Part shown: positions 12,401-27,400 of the stretch, piece after piece | Numbering within the stretch: the first letter of the stretch is position 1 | Layout of the letters: the number at the start of each line of letters is the position of its first letter | From: Ylistrum balloti | Taxonomy: Eukaryota | Direction of reading: 5' to 3' | Length of the DNA stretch: 64,000 bases | Assembly (NCBI RefSeq): GCF_031769215.1 | Contig: NW_026782055.1 | Coordinates: 992,001 to 1,056,000, forward strand | Made by a program: the position numbers and the translations under genes | Notes under the pieces: generated by a model | Database searches by the model: none | Told to the model about the DNA's origin: nothing | What the model saw: only the letters and a program-made list of their open reading frames with translations

Positions 12401-15400
12401 TATTAATAGGACGTCGAGCAGAAAAACTAGAACCATCACCTTAACATGTTACCCAGGTTATAATACCCACCAGTTACCCGTAAATATAGATATCCAAGGG
12501 TTACTTTTTACTCACTTCACAAGTTATCCTTAGATACCTATATCTAACAGTATGTGTTTTCACCCTCTATGTTTATATAATACTTCCTGGCACGTTTGCA
12601 CTCGCGCTGTATACAAATTCATCAACAAATACAGTCTGGATGTTTAATGAAAAGTTCTAGAAAGTATTGATGGTTGTAGTTGAAATCGGTTTAAGAAATG
12701 TTGCGAGTCTTTCTAGTCCAAGAGTTAATAGAACCTGTAATTAACGACCCACTCAGGCTGTTGACCGACACACACTAAACCTCACCCTGCTAACGATCCA
12801 CTTAATTCTACGACCCTAGCTGCTTCACAACAACAATGCTTTATGTTGGTTTATCATTGAATTACCCGATTTTTCCAGCCCTACATCCTCATTGCGGATG
12901 ACCCTATTGCTGTTCAGTGTGAGGGCATATTCTAACTCTTTCCGTCAAACTTCACAAAAAACGGGTCTTTTGGCGGCTACGTTTTGTAATTGTTCCTGAC
13001 GTTACCACCTTCCATTCTGTCCTCGTTTTCAACCCAAACAATCCGCAGTCATTACTGTTCCTGTGTGCTTACACAAAATGTTATGTTACCAAGCTCCTGT
13101 GGAAGGGTTCACATGTTCCAGCTAGCAAGTATTTAGTTGTATACCATGTAGGTTAGCTGGTTAGAATGCCCTTAGAGTTTTCTTTTCCACTTACAAATAT
13201 ACGTCACATTAGGTAGTGTAATATAAGTAGGGGAAGCAAGATGACGTGTGTTCTCAGCTTGTCGTCTGTTTGCCTACAGGGTTCCCAAACCAAACCCTAT
13301 CTACCTTTCACCGCTTTGACTAATTCTTATTTATCAATATTCCCCTACCACATTCCCGTTCTGTCCCAACTCATTACCATCCTCGGCTTCCTTACCAACC
13401 TCGGCTTCTATAAAACCCTCGGCGTCTTTACCACACTCGGCTTCTTTACCACCCTCGGGCTTCTTTACCATCCTCGGCTACTTTACCAACCTTGGCTTCC
13501 TTACCTCCCTCGGCTTCTCAACTATCCTCGGCTTCTTTACAACCCTCAACTTCTTTACCACCCCTATCGGCTTCTATACCACCCTCGGCTTTCTTAACAA
13601 CCTCGGCCTCTTTACCACACTCGTCGTCTTTACGACACTTGTCGTCTTTACCACACTCGGCTTCCTTACCACCCTCAACTTCTTTACCACCACCATCAGC
13701 TTCTTACCAACCTTGGCTTCTTTACCAACCTTGGCTTCTTTACTACACTGTTGTCTTTACCACACTCGTCGTCTTTATCACAATCGTCGTCTTTACCACA
13801 CTCGGCTTCTTTACCACCCTCGTCGTCTTTAACACTATCCTCGGGTTCGTTACCACCATCGTCTTACCACACTCGGCTTCTTTATCCTTCTCGGTTTCTT
13901 ACCACCCTAGGTTACTTTACCACCCACGTCTTCTTTACCACCCTCGTCTTTACCACCCTCGTCGTCTTTACTACCCTCGTCTTCTTTACCACACTCGGCT
14001 TCTTTCTCTTTCGGCTTCCTTACCATCCTCGGCTTCTTGATCATCCTCGGCTTCATTACCACCCTCGGCTTCTTTACCACACTCGGCTCCTTTACCACAC
14101 TCGGCTTCTTACCACCCTCGACTTCTTTACCACCCTCGGCTTCTTTACTCCAACCCTTTTCTCAGCAATACTTTCCCTAGCTTGTGTTGATATTTGTTAT
14201 GGTGTAACTAGTCTTTCGGTTTTAGATGTAACAAACGTATTTCTACTTACCATCGTACATGATCTGAGTAATCTTGGCGCTTGCTACATCATTGTACCGC
14301 CTCACTTCAAACCCCAAATCCTGGAATCTTTCTTCTAGACGTTCGGCATCAACGTTTGTTCCTTCCCGGGTCATTTGTCCAGTAGAGGGATGGAAGTTCT
14401 TGTTGTTGATGATCAGAAAAAGGCCCCGTTTGTGGTAATTGAAATTATACTCGTTCGGCTCTGAAGGGGCACCGGGGCGGACTGACCGTCTGTCTCCACT
14501 GTTGAGTAAACACAGATGTTATTTTAATTTGTATTCTGAAGCAATGGAGCATCGTATTTTTAGATACTAGATGATACCCTTAAAGACCTTTGGTGAACAC
14601 TTTATAGAACACTTGATACTATTGAACTCCGCCAATGCATCTTGGCTTTTTGTTAACGGTGACAATTTCTAATTTTCCAATAGTGAAATTTCCATTAATT
14701 AATTAATAGTAACAGTACTGCGTCATCGGTCTTTGGTATTCAAGGGCTTGTTCCCAGTTTCATTATTTTCGTGTAATAGATGCTGTCGAGCTTTGATCGG
14801 AACTTGGTCTCATTGGTCTCGTTCGGGACATCAGGGTCTACTCTTATTTTGCGAATACGTTTACTCTGATTTGACCTAGTTAGCATGGCTGTTGACAAAA
14901 ATGAATTGAGAGACGTTTACAATTCCGGAACTTCTGATTCTAATTTCTTCATTCCCTTTGAAACATCTCAATGTACATATATCGTGTATCTATATTTTGT
15001 CTCAATTTAATTGATTTTGAATTGAAATTTTTTTTACATGCTCTCTACTTATTGGGGCAAATAAAGCAATTATATTCACCACTTTATAGTCATTTATAGT
15101 GTATACTGCTTGCTACCTTGGATTTTAAATATGCAATGTTTCAGATATTAATTTGATGGTAAGACAAACGACTTTATATTCAGAACAATGTTAGTCACGA
15201 TGAACATGAACGAAACAATGTTATGATGGATATCTACTACACACAGATAAGGAATGTGTGTCACCAGAAAGGTAGATTCTCTGGAAATATATTGGCTTGT
15301 ATTGATTTTTTAAAAAAGAAAGAGCACGAGTCTGTTTACCGATGAAACAAACGTGCTCTCTTCTCTCGTAAATGATTACTCCGTAATAACAAGTAATGGG

Positions 15401-18400
15401 AAAGATTATACGGTCACCAGTCATCGATCGTAAACACTACAGCGGTACTATATAACGATAGGATGGCAGGGTGATGTCATACATAAAAAGGAACACATGC
15501 ACACGTGTCTGAAGGATGACTAATATAATGGCCCTGGATACTGCATCAATCAAATGTTTGTATCGAAGCTACATCAATACCATATACACGTCTCCATCAG
15601 ACGACTACCTTTAGCCCGAGGGAACAACATCGAATTCTCTAAATATACTAGGGTGCCAAGCAGGCCGGAAGCGAGCTGTTTCTACATTACAAGCACATCA
15701 AAACAGCTTTATGTTGTGTTGCCATCCGTTAACGATGCGTGTGGAACAGTTATACTGCAAAACGTTTTATTTTAACTAGTCTGTCGCCATTACTGCAGTG
15801 CCATTACTTGAATACAATATTTCAGTCTGAACGATGTCACGAGTAAACAATTTATCTGCAGCATCCCTTTCTCCGCCTTGTAAACGTCACTGTTGACATT
15901 GTATGACAGTCCATAAACTAACAAAATTGGAAACCTATACGACATATCCAGCTAATATCGATAGTGTGAATGTACAGTTCAACTGAGACGGCGTTTAGGG
16001 TATCTGGTGATCACGGCCCAGTTAATCCGATACCTATCCAAATGGAGTAAACTCGTCATATTCATCTACATGTAAAAACATGTAATGCCAGATAGTATGT
16101 CCATAAAATAGTTACTGTACATATCTTATCTACAACAAAACACGTTTAAACCATTCATATTTCTACATTAATTTTGCTATGTAATTTACCCCTGAAGATT
16201 GTAAAAAGTAGTTTTTCAAAGTAATCCGGCTCTATATTAAGTAGTCTGTCAATGAAATTCCGTTTGTGATTTACTACAGTCTGTTTTTTGTTTGGATATG
16301 TACTAAATCCATACTCCTTTATTTCTTATCATTATAATAATGATACAGATAATAGACGTTAGTTTTCCAATAAATAATTGTAGGGGTGGGCGGTTCTAAT
16401 GGTCTCGGCGAGAACCCACAGTTAACACGGGGCCAGATCTAATCGCCTCTGGTGCTGAGCGAAAACTCCCAATTAACACGAGACCAAGTCCAAAACAACT
16501 TATGGCTTAAGGTGTTCAGCCAGAATACGAAGCAAACTTGATGCCAGCTAGAACTCAATTTGTCCCCTCCACAATAGCAAAGTGTGTATGATCACGGACA
16601 TGGTGACACGTGACCCTGTCCTTTGATTCTTGGGAACTGATCTCACGACTTTAGACAAACAGACTAAACAAGCAATCTCGTACATCCAGTCTTTACATAT
16701 AACTTGAGAACCAAAGATGATCATAGACCAATGGGAACTGAATCTTTTTGCGTTACTATTGTTCTGTTTCTATTGTTCTGTTTCTAGTGATAAATCACAC
16801 GACCTTAGACATAGAGACTAAACAAGCAATCCCATACATCCACTCTATACACGGAACTTGTGGACCCTATACTGGAGCACATCTCTTTTTAAAAAAATAC
16901 TCCAAGACAAAGAAAAGATGTACAGTCTGAAATCGTTTCTGGTTGACAATACTTTCATCGAATTTGGTTGTAAGATCTTCCTACAGACTATTAGCATACC
17001 AGGGACAACCAGTGCCCACTCTTTGCTGACGTGTTTTTGTTTTCATGCCTGGCTGAATTTATCGGAGAGCTTATCAATGCAGACCACAAAGACCTTGCGA
17101 ATTCCTTTACATTCACTTGTTGGTGTATTGTCGAAGTCTTGTCTTAAAATAAGAAGAACTTTATTTATCAAGTAAGTTTATCATATGATCGTCCACCACT
17201 CATACCCACCATAATTAGAAATAAAGAACGTAACACCTTTTCGACACAAGCCGCTCCAATAGAGACACTTTTCCACAAAACAATGTTAAGCATGATTTCT
17301 ATTTTCCCATTTTCAATTTTCCATTACTAGACAGCAACATCCCCAACTTATGGTGTCTAGGTGTCGTGGTTGATTCGATATTAAAGGGTTTGCGCCCAAT
17401 TTATGATATTCGTGCAAGATGTCACAGATGACAGTTAAACTCACAGCACACGATTTCGAGAGATACAGGTTGATGACTATTATGTTGAAAATTTATGGTC
17501 GTTATAATGACCTCATTTTCAACATTTTATTTCTTTGTATGATATGAAGTTGGACGTGTTTGATGCTCGTTAGTATGTCTGGTTATGTCGTTGTTTCCCT
17601 TGTTCGCATTAGGGAAGCGTGACATTATTAACTTGGATTGACCAAAATTTACACGACAGGTGTCATTGATGAAACAGATGACGCTTATCGAATTTGAGTT
17701 TGAATTCATATTCTGTACCCATGTCGGTATATTGCTATTCTGTCACATAGTATTTTTGCAAGTTGTGTTTAACCAAACTTTGTCTTACAACATATCATAT
17801 GAAGGGACAATCTTTGTCATATGGTCCATTACTTCAGCTAGCATAGTTAACACATCACGTGATCTTCCATTGAAAGTTCGAATTTCTTTAGTACAAAACA
17901 TCCACAATAGTAATAGAAAAATGTAAGCACCTTTGTGCCGAATAATGAATGAAAACATGTCACGCAAATGTTTCGTCCTATTACGACGCCAGAGGCCGGA
18001 GCTTGAAGATAAAGGTCACCAAAGGCCACCTATAACTGGTCGAATAATTTCAGGACTAATCCTAGACTCCAATTTCAATGAACCTTAAAATAAACATTCA
18101 GGACTATGTGGATACTTTGTTTCCGTAGAAGGCTTGGCAGCCACCGGTAACCTTGGAAACACTCTTTGTTGTATAAAGGAATTTGGCAGCCACCGGTAAC
18201 CTTGTACACACACTTTATAGTATAAAGGAATTTGGCAGCCACCGGTAACCTTGGACACACACTTTATAGTATAAAGGAATTTGGTAGCCACCGGTAACCT
18301 TGGACACACACTTTGTTGTATAAAGGAATTTGGCAGCCACCGGTAACCTTGTACACACACTTTGTTGTATAAAGGAATTTGGCAGCCACCGGTAACCTTG

Positions 18401-21400
18401 GACACACACTTTGTTGTATAAAGGAATTTGTCAGTCACTGGTAACCTTGTACACACACTTTGTTGTATAAAGGAATTTGTCAGTCACTGGTAACCTTGTA
18501 CACACACTTCGTTGTATAAAGTAATAGATTTACCAACCCTTATCAATTGTATTCAAACTTGGCTAGATGCTGTCATTATAATTTGTCCTATTAGGGATTA
18601 CAAAAAACGTTGCTATGGAAGCAATAATTGGGTGGTCTCGTTTGTAAATAATGAGAGAAATGGCGGAATAGTGTGGTTATTAGTTTATCTATTGGCTTAC
18701 AGCGGGGAACCGCATGTATAAGCGATAACTCACGGACGAGAGGAGACGGAGAACACAGAGAAATTAGCGAAATCCTCATTCTATATCGAAAGGAAGGAAC
18801 TGGCTGAAATATTTTCCTATAATTAATATGAAAGGAAATGGCGATCCTCTCCAAAAAAAAAAAAAAAAAACATTCATATCACATGATAAAATATAAGCTA
18901 TCGGCTCGTGACATATCAAATTATTGAACTCGTTTAATAAATTCCATAATACATTGACACTCATGTAAGATCATCTATGTGTGTCCTTTGTACAAAGTTC
19001 ACGGGGTATTGACTGGGTAATTTTAAATCAAATGATGAGTCATGTTATTGATATATTTAAAACATAACTTTGACGAACTTCGTCGTGCTAGACTACGCAA
19101 CACAACGGATGATATGACAGGAGGCTAACCGGAACTGAATTTTATATCAAAGTGATTTAAAAACTTGGTGTCCATTATTCTTGACCACCCAATCACGCTC
19201 CAGCATGAAAGCTAGATATGCCTTTATACTTTTCTCCTTATCCCTACACCTCTAACTGAACTGATTGAGCTGTGTGACCAGTACGGAGTATTTGTGTCAC
19301 TTTTACCTACGAGCACTGTTACATTTCACGCTTTCAAAAAGGATTTGGATGACAAACCTATAAATTTCCTATTGACAATACTATTTTTACAGTAGACTAA
19401 ATACTACCGGGCTTACTCAGTAGAGATTGAACTAGATGTTCACCATCCTCACTTTTATTGTTTGATTCCCAGATGTCACAAGAATAGTTTTAATGTGTTA
19501 CTGTTGGTTCTTGCATATAGTTTTATATATTTAACTGGAAAATATACATTAAATTTCTCAGGATCTACCTTCATTCTTTAAAACGAAGTTTCTACATTAT
19601 CATCGAAATAAATTAGAAATCTACTTAAATGATGGCTTCTCATAACAGAACATGAGTTGATATTTTATTATTAAATTGTTGAAGTGATTAAAGGATGTAC
19701 TTTTACCAATTAGAACGTGAACATGCCGAGGAAGTGAATCAATTGTTCTGTGATATATCAACAGTGTTTGTAAAGAATCGATTTTGACTCCATATAAATA
19801 TTCCTAGTCCAATATAATTCGTTCGCCTTTCCCTTCATCACAAACATCCAAATATTGATTCAATTCGTTTTCAGTTTCACAATAAAAAGGATCACGGAGG
19901 TAACAGATCAATTGTCTGTCGTGTGTGAGTAAGCGACAGCAACAGGGTATATCGGTTGTGTTGGATCATTTTACCGTATCTGGGTTGGTGACAGCAACAG
20001 GGTATATCGGCTGTGTTGGATTATTTTACCGTATCTGGGTTGGTGACAGCAACAGGGTATAACGGCTGTGTTGGATTATTTTACCGTATCTGGGCTGGTG
20101 ACAGCACCAGGGTATATCGGTTGTGTTGGTGACAGCACCAGGGTATATCGGCTGTGTTGGATCATTTTGTCGTATCTGGTTGACGACAGCACCAGGGTAT
20201 ATATCAGCTGTGTTGGATCATTTAACCGTATCTGGGTTGGCGACAGCACCAGGGTATATCGGCTGTGTTGGATTATTTAACCGTATCTGGGTTGGTGACA
20301 GCACCAGGGTATATCGGCTGTGTTGAATTATTTAACCGTATCTGGGTTGGTAACAGCACCAAGGTATATCAGTTGTGTTGGATCATTTTGTCGTATCTGG
20401 GTTGGTGACAGCACCAGGGTATATCGGCTGTGTTGGATTATTTTACCGTATCTGGGTTGGTGACAGCACCAGGGTATATCGGTTGTGTTGGATCATTTTG
20501 TCGTATCTGGGTTGGCGACAGCACCACGGTATATCGGCTGTGTTGGATCTTTTAACCGTATCTGGGTTGGTGACAGCACCAAGGTATTTCGGCTGTGTTG
20601 GATCATTTTACCGTATCTGGGATGGTGACAGCACCAGGGTATATCGGTTGTGTTGGATTAATTTACCGTACCTGGGTTGGCGACATCACAAGGGTATATC
20701 GGTCGTGTCTTAGTCACCGTGTGTTACACATCATTCTAATGAGTATAACCATTCGTAGCATTGTAATTTATCATACCTGACGCGGTATATAGTAAACAAT
20801 TACAAAATGTATATGATAAGAATGGCTCAGTTCAATGATATTTTTTATAGTCACTAAATACCTCGCTCCTTCAGTCATTCCTATACTTCGAGGCATGTCA
20901 TAAACATAAGTTTTGTCAAATCTGAGGAAGTAAATGATGTTCCATGATATAATTCGGTAAAAGTTCAAGTAGAGATCCCACCTATACCTACCTATACCTA
21001 CGTAAGTTGTAGGCCCTACAAATGTACCTACCTATGTCTACGTAAGATGTAGGCCCTACAAATGTATCTACCTATGTCTACGTAAGATGTAGGCCCTACA
21101 AATGTACCTACCTATGTCTACGTAAGATGTAGGCCCTACAAATGTTCCTATCTATGTCTATGTAAGATGTAGGCCCTGCAAAAGTACCTACCTATACCTA
21201 CTTAAGATGTAGGCCCTGCAAATGTACCTACCTATACCTACGTAAGATGTAGGCCCTGAAAAAGTACCTACCTATACCTACGTAAGATGTAGGCCCTACA
21301 GTTTTACCTACCTATGCCTACGTAAGATTTAGGTCCTACAAATGTACTTACCTAGGCCTACGTAAAATGTAGGGAGAACCGGGACAGTCAACGGAGTTGT

Positions 21401-24400
21401 GAGGACTCAGGAGAGTTGGTGTCAGTGAATCTGTCGACGTCTCCATATTAAGTCACATTCGTGAATATATTCTTTACTCTTCAGAAAAACTAGTGTATAT
21501 GTGAAGTGTTTAACTATTGCAATTCAAACCACAAAACACTTGCATAGGCATGCTCAAGACAAAATAATGTACATGCCACGGTGAAGTTGACGCGTGTAAT
21601 CCAGGAATTAAGCATTCCTATTCCATTGTCTAACTTTCCACTTTACAATCGTTCCCACCAGTCCTGGATTAGAAAAAAAATGTAGTAATTTCGCTGTGGT
21701 GTAATATCCGGTCTCTGATGACGTATAACCACATACGTGATAAGTGACATAAGAAGCGTGTTTCTTAAGTATATTTTTCTTGCGAAGGCAGGTTTGTGAT
21801 TAGAAACTGAAGCCCAGTAAATTGCACCAAGCAGCATGCAACATGACCCTGTGTCTCCTTCACGACATGGACGTCTGCCACTGACTCATTAGTTGGTGTT
21901 CGTCCTCTATCAGGAGAGGACTCAATCTGATCATGGCCCCTTGAACCACACGTGCATATAGATGGGTAAACCGGGCCCGTCAAACATTAGCTGATTGTAA
22001 TTACTATACAAAATCTGCCCTCCGGTGTTAACGTCATTAGGCCCGATCGATGGATACTTTAATGCCCGTGATTTCCTCCTAAATAATGGCTACATCAATT
22101 TAAATTGATTTCCTTGAATAAGAGAAAGGTGAAAGGGTTTCAGGAGAAAACAAGACTACAGCACCAAATAGCCCTGATTTCCGGCATTCCTCGTTCTTTC
22201 TGGACTGTCGGGGATGGTTGACTGCTACCTTTATCACAGGTTGGTGTCCGGGACAGCAATCATTTTGCAGATGAAATATCAGCATTTGATTTGATAAAGA
22301 CACTAACTAAGAAAATCTGTCGCTAAATTATTGTCTTCACGAATTTATGAAGAAAAAAGAGGTATTCTTTTGTCATTAATAACACAACAGCAAAACATTT
22401 GATATTTTACATTAAACTTATAGCTCTAGGCATTTCAAATAGTATCATGTTTATCACAAAAAGATAAACCAACAAGCAGAGATGATGTCCCCCTACAAGC
22501 TACCATGAACAAGAGACAGTGTTGCTGTGTGGTGGGAAGAACAAAAGAAGAAAGCACTGGCAAATTTTAACGTTCTAATGTATTGACAACCAGAGACATC
22601 TCTCACAATCCATTTGGCCTTCCCAACCTAGATATACTCCTGTGATCGTTTAGCAGTTAGTGGGTTCCTAAGTGTCCAAAGTTTTCTAGGCCTAGCGACA
22701 ACGATCTATCGTGTCTGTACAGAGTCGACCGAAGTGAAGGACGGTCTCACTAGCCCCTATGTATCCCTTAGGTCTAAGTGACTGACAAATTTGTACGATA
22801 TACCGAATTGACCAAGGCTGTCAAATTATTTCCAGTTTTGAAAGACATTGTTACATGATCATTTGTCAGCACTATCTGCTTTGGCTAACGTACAATTTAC
22901 TTGACATGGTACATTAAACAACGAAAGCCGCATCGCCGGTACTTCGTTGTTCACTAACCTTTTAACCTCTCACTACACTGTACCAACCTAACATAAACCT
23001 GTTACATAACAATACGGCTAGTCTGTAACATCTAATACACACAGTCAACTACAGTTTAAACATTTTATATCTATAAATAATAAACAATTATATACTTAAT
23101 ATAACACTAATTAGAACCAATATCCATTATAGATATTATCTCCCTTTCAGGGGCCGATAACCTCCATAGGGTTTCACATGAACAAGAGACAATAACCCTG
23201 CTACAAAGTACCGTTAACTAGAACATCACCCTGCTACAAAATACCGTTAACTAGAGACAATGTCCCCGCTACAAAATACCATTAACTAGAGACAATGTCC
23301 CCGCTACAAAATACCATTAACTAGAGGCAATGACCCTGTTACAAAATACCGTTAACTAGAGACAATGACCCAGCTACAAAATACCATTAACTAGAGACAA
23401 TGACCCTGCTACAAAATACCTATAACTAGAGACAATGACCCTGCGACAAAATACCATTAACGAGAGACAATGACCCTGTTACAAAATACCATTAACTAGA
23501 GACAATGACCTTGCTAAAAATATCTATAACTAGAGACAATGACCCTGCTACAAATACCATTAACGAGAGACAATGACCCTGCTACAAAATACCTATAACT
23601 AGAGGCAATGTCCCCGCTACAAAATACCGTTAACTAGAGACAATGACCCTGCTACAAAATACCATTAACTAGAGACAATGACCCTGCTACAAAATACCAT
23701 TCACTAGAGGCAATGACCTTGCTACAAAATACCATTAACTAGAAACAATGACCCTGCTACAAAATACCATTAACTAAAAACAATGACCCTGCTACAAAAT
23801 ACCATTAACTAGAGACAATGACCCTGCTACAAAATACCATTAACTAGAGACAATGACCCTGCTATAAAATACCATTAACGAGAGACAATGACCCTGCTAC
23901 AAAATACCATTAACTAGAAACAATGACACTGCTACAAAATACCTATAACTAGAGACAATGACCCTGCGACAAAATACCATTAACTAGAGACAATGACCTT
24001 GCTACAAAATACCATTAACTAGAAACAATGACCCTGCTACAAAATACCATTAACAAAAGACAATGACCCTGCTACAAAATACCATTAACGAGAGACAATG
24101 ACCCTGCTACAAAATACCATTAACTAGAAACAATGACCCTGCTACAAAATACCGTAAAATAGAGGCAATGACCCTGCTACAAAATACCATTAACTAGAGG
24201 CAATGACCTTGCTACAAAATACCATTAACTAGAGACAATGTCCCTGCTACAAAATACCATTAACAAAAGACAATGACCCTGCTATCAAATTCCATTTACT
24301 AGAAACAATGACCCTGCTACCAAATACCATTTACTAGAAACAATGACCCTGCTACAAAATACCATTAACTAGAGACAATGACCCTGCTACAAAATACCAT

Positions 24401-27400
24401 TAACTAGAGGCAATGACCTTGCTACAAAATACCATTAACTAGAAACAATGACCCTGCTACAAAATACCATTAACGAGAGACAATGACCCTGTTACAAAAT
24501 ACCATTAACTAGAGGCAATGACCCTGTGTCAAAATACCATTAACAAGAGACAATGACCCTGCTACAAAATACCGTAAAATAGAGGCAATGACGCTGCTAC
24601 AAAATACCATTAACTAGAGGCAATGACCTTGCTACAAAATACCATTAACTAGAAACAATGTCCCTGTTACAAAATACCATTAACTTGAGACAATGACCCT
24701 GTAACAAAATACAATTAACTAGAGACAATGACCCTGTAACAAAATACCATTAACAAAAGACAATGACCCTGCTACAAAATACCATTAACTAGAAACAATG
24801 ACCCTGCTACAAAATACCGTTAACTAGAGGCAATGACCCTGCTACAAAATACCATTAACGAGAGACAATGACCCTGTTACAAAATACCATTAACTAGAGG
24901 CAATGACCCTGTGTCAAAATACCATTAACAAGAGACAATGACCCTGCTACAAAATACCGTAAAATAGAGGCAATGACCCTGCTACAAAATACCATTAACT
25001 AGAGACAATGACCCTGCTACAAAATACCATTAACGAGAGACAATGACCCTGCTACAAAATACCGTTAACTAGAGGCAATAACCCTGCTACAAAACACCAT
25101 TAACTAGAGACAATGACCCTGTTACAAAATACAATTAACTAGAGGCAATGACCTTGCTACAAAATACCATTAACTAGAGACAATGTCCCTGCTACAAAAT
25201 ACCATTAACTAGAGACAATGACCCTGCTACCAAATACCATTTACTAGAAACAATGACCCTGCTACAAAATACCATTAACTAGAAACAATGACCCTGCTAC
25301 AAAATACCATTAACTAGACACAATGACCCTGCTACAAAATAGCTATAACTAGAAACAATGACCCTGCTACAAAATACCATTAACTAGAAACAATGACCCT
25401 GCTACAAAATACCATTAACTTGAGACAATGACCCTGCTACAAAATACAATTAACTAGAGGCAATGACCCTGTGTCAAAATACCATTAACTAGAAACAATG
25501 ACCCTGCTACAAAATACCGTTAACTGGAGGCAATGACCCTGCTACAAAATACCATTAACGAGAGACAATGACCCTGTTACAAAATACCATTAACTAGAGG
25601 CAATGACCCTGTGTCAAAATACCATTAACAAGAGACAATGACCCTGCTACAAAATACCGTAAAATAGAGGCAATGACCCTGCTACAAAATACCGTTAACT
25701 AGAGGCAATGACCCTGCTACAAAACACCATTAACTAGAGACAATGACCCTGTTACAAAATACCATTAACTAGAGGCAATGACCCTGTGTCATATACTATT
25801 AACAAGAGACAATGACCCTGCTATAAAATACCGTTAACAAGAGACAATGACCCTGCTACAAAATACCATTAACAAGAGACAATGACCCTGCTACCAAATA
25901 CCATTTACTAGAAACAATGACCCTACTACAAAATACCGTTAACTAGAGGGAATGACCCTGCTACAAAATACCATTAACTAGAGACAATGACCCTGCTACA
26001 AAATACAATTAACTAGAGACAATGACCCTGCTACAAAATACCATTAACAAGAGACAATGACCCTGCTATAAAATACCGTTAACAAGAGACAATGACCCTG
26101 CTACAATAGACCATAAAGCACTGGTTGCCCTCACTAACATAAATACTCATTGATAAATACTCGTGATATATATTCATTGTTTACGATATGTGTTAACCTA
26201 TCAATTCGTCTCATATACCCAACGATGTCAATCTATTAACAACTAGGAAGATGTGTAAAGAAAAGGATTGTAAATATCAAGGTACCAATACGGATCACGC
26301 TGCCGGCAATGTTGATTACGTGATTATCATTACCGAGCTGATGTTGAATAACACTCCTCTCATGTAATTTAAACTATATCTGGCTTTAAACCACTGTTTC
26401 ACACTTGGTCGCTGTACACGAATGTAGTGCAAAATGAAATTTCAGGCCAGAGAATGAATATTTTTTAGACTTGGCCATAACATGTATGTACATATGTTTA
26501 CTCGGGATTGTTGTACCATATCTGTTGTAGTGGAGGATTTTTCTTTGCCATCATTTTTATGTCTGTTGGCGTGACAGGACATATTTTGTGAGGAGGCTCG
26601 AGCAGTGATATTTTGCATTGTTGAGCATTCCCCTTTAATTTTTTTTTTTTTTTTTTTATATAAACTTTATTTATTTTACAACAATTGCGAAACAAGTTAT
26701 GTCAACTTATACTAATCACTCTTGTTGGCCCGGATGTAAGCGCGCGAGGGGTCTTATTGTATATCTGGGACTGTTTCAAACCGGAGTACCCAGGGAAAAC
26801 CCACGTGATCGGGCAGGTGACCTTTTCACGTCCGTTCCGGGAATCGAACCCCAGTCGGCCTGGTGAAAGGCGAGTGCGTTACTACTGCGCCACCCGACCA
26901 TGACATATCCAGGTAGATATAGGGTCGTCTTGAAAAGTTCTACAATATGGTGTAAGAACCAGATCCTTTGCGAAGTTTTATGATATTTTGATTTTTGTTT
27001 TCCGTTGGTAGAACATATAGAGGCCTTTATCTAGTTAGTCCTTAATAGTCACTTCCGGTATGACGGACTACCCACGGTAGCCATCATCTCGTATGAGCAT
27101 TTGGTACATATTTCAACATCGATCACGGACTTTGATATATCGAAGTCGACCTTTGGATATTTTTTGAGGAGTAGTATAGCAATGACACGTGTTTCACTTC
27201 GTCCGACCCCCAGTCGATCGATGTAGCATCAATATGTAGGGCCTTAGCAGGCAATCCTAGCTGTCACTGACGTGACGTCTGGGAGATCAAACTAATACGC
27301 CTTCCTAACTAAGTTATTATACCTTGTTTACGGCAATTATCCTTCACCTCGATTCTAATACAGATAACAACGTGTGCAATGAACCTGTCCGAATCAAAGT

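Noticed and set aside
17527-18029. Cluster of short minus-strand ORFs with a hydrophobic stretch
   Set aside because: Broken by stops, adjacent to a decayed Penelope-like element, no recognisable family.
18733-18779. Possible 47-nt exon (NEDFANFSVFSVSSRP) with tatag acceptor and gtgagt donor in the large caspase intron
   Set aside because: Its 3' phase fits exon 2, but it is incompatible with exon 1 (needs a phase-0 partner), and there is no homology support.
21643-22303. Short ORFs at 21643-22303, and similarly 34657-34905 and 62303-63228
   Set aside because: No motifs or splice-phase links to the identified genes; lengths are compatible with chance.
26830-26899. tRNA-Glu-like sequence as a tRNA gene
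   Set aside because: It continues into a V-domain-like core and poly(A) tail, and the acceptor stem is incomplete; treated as a SINE head.
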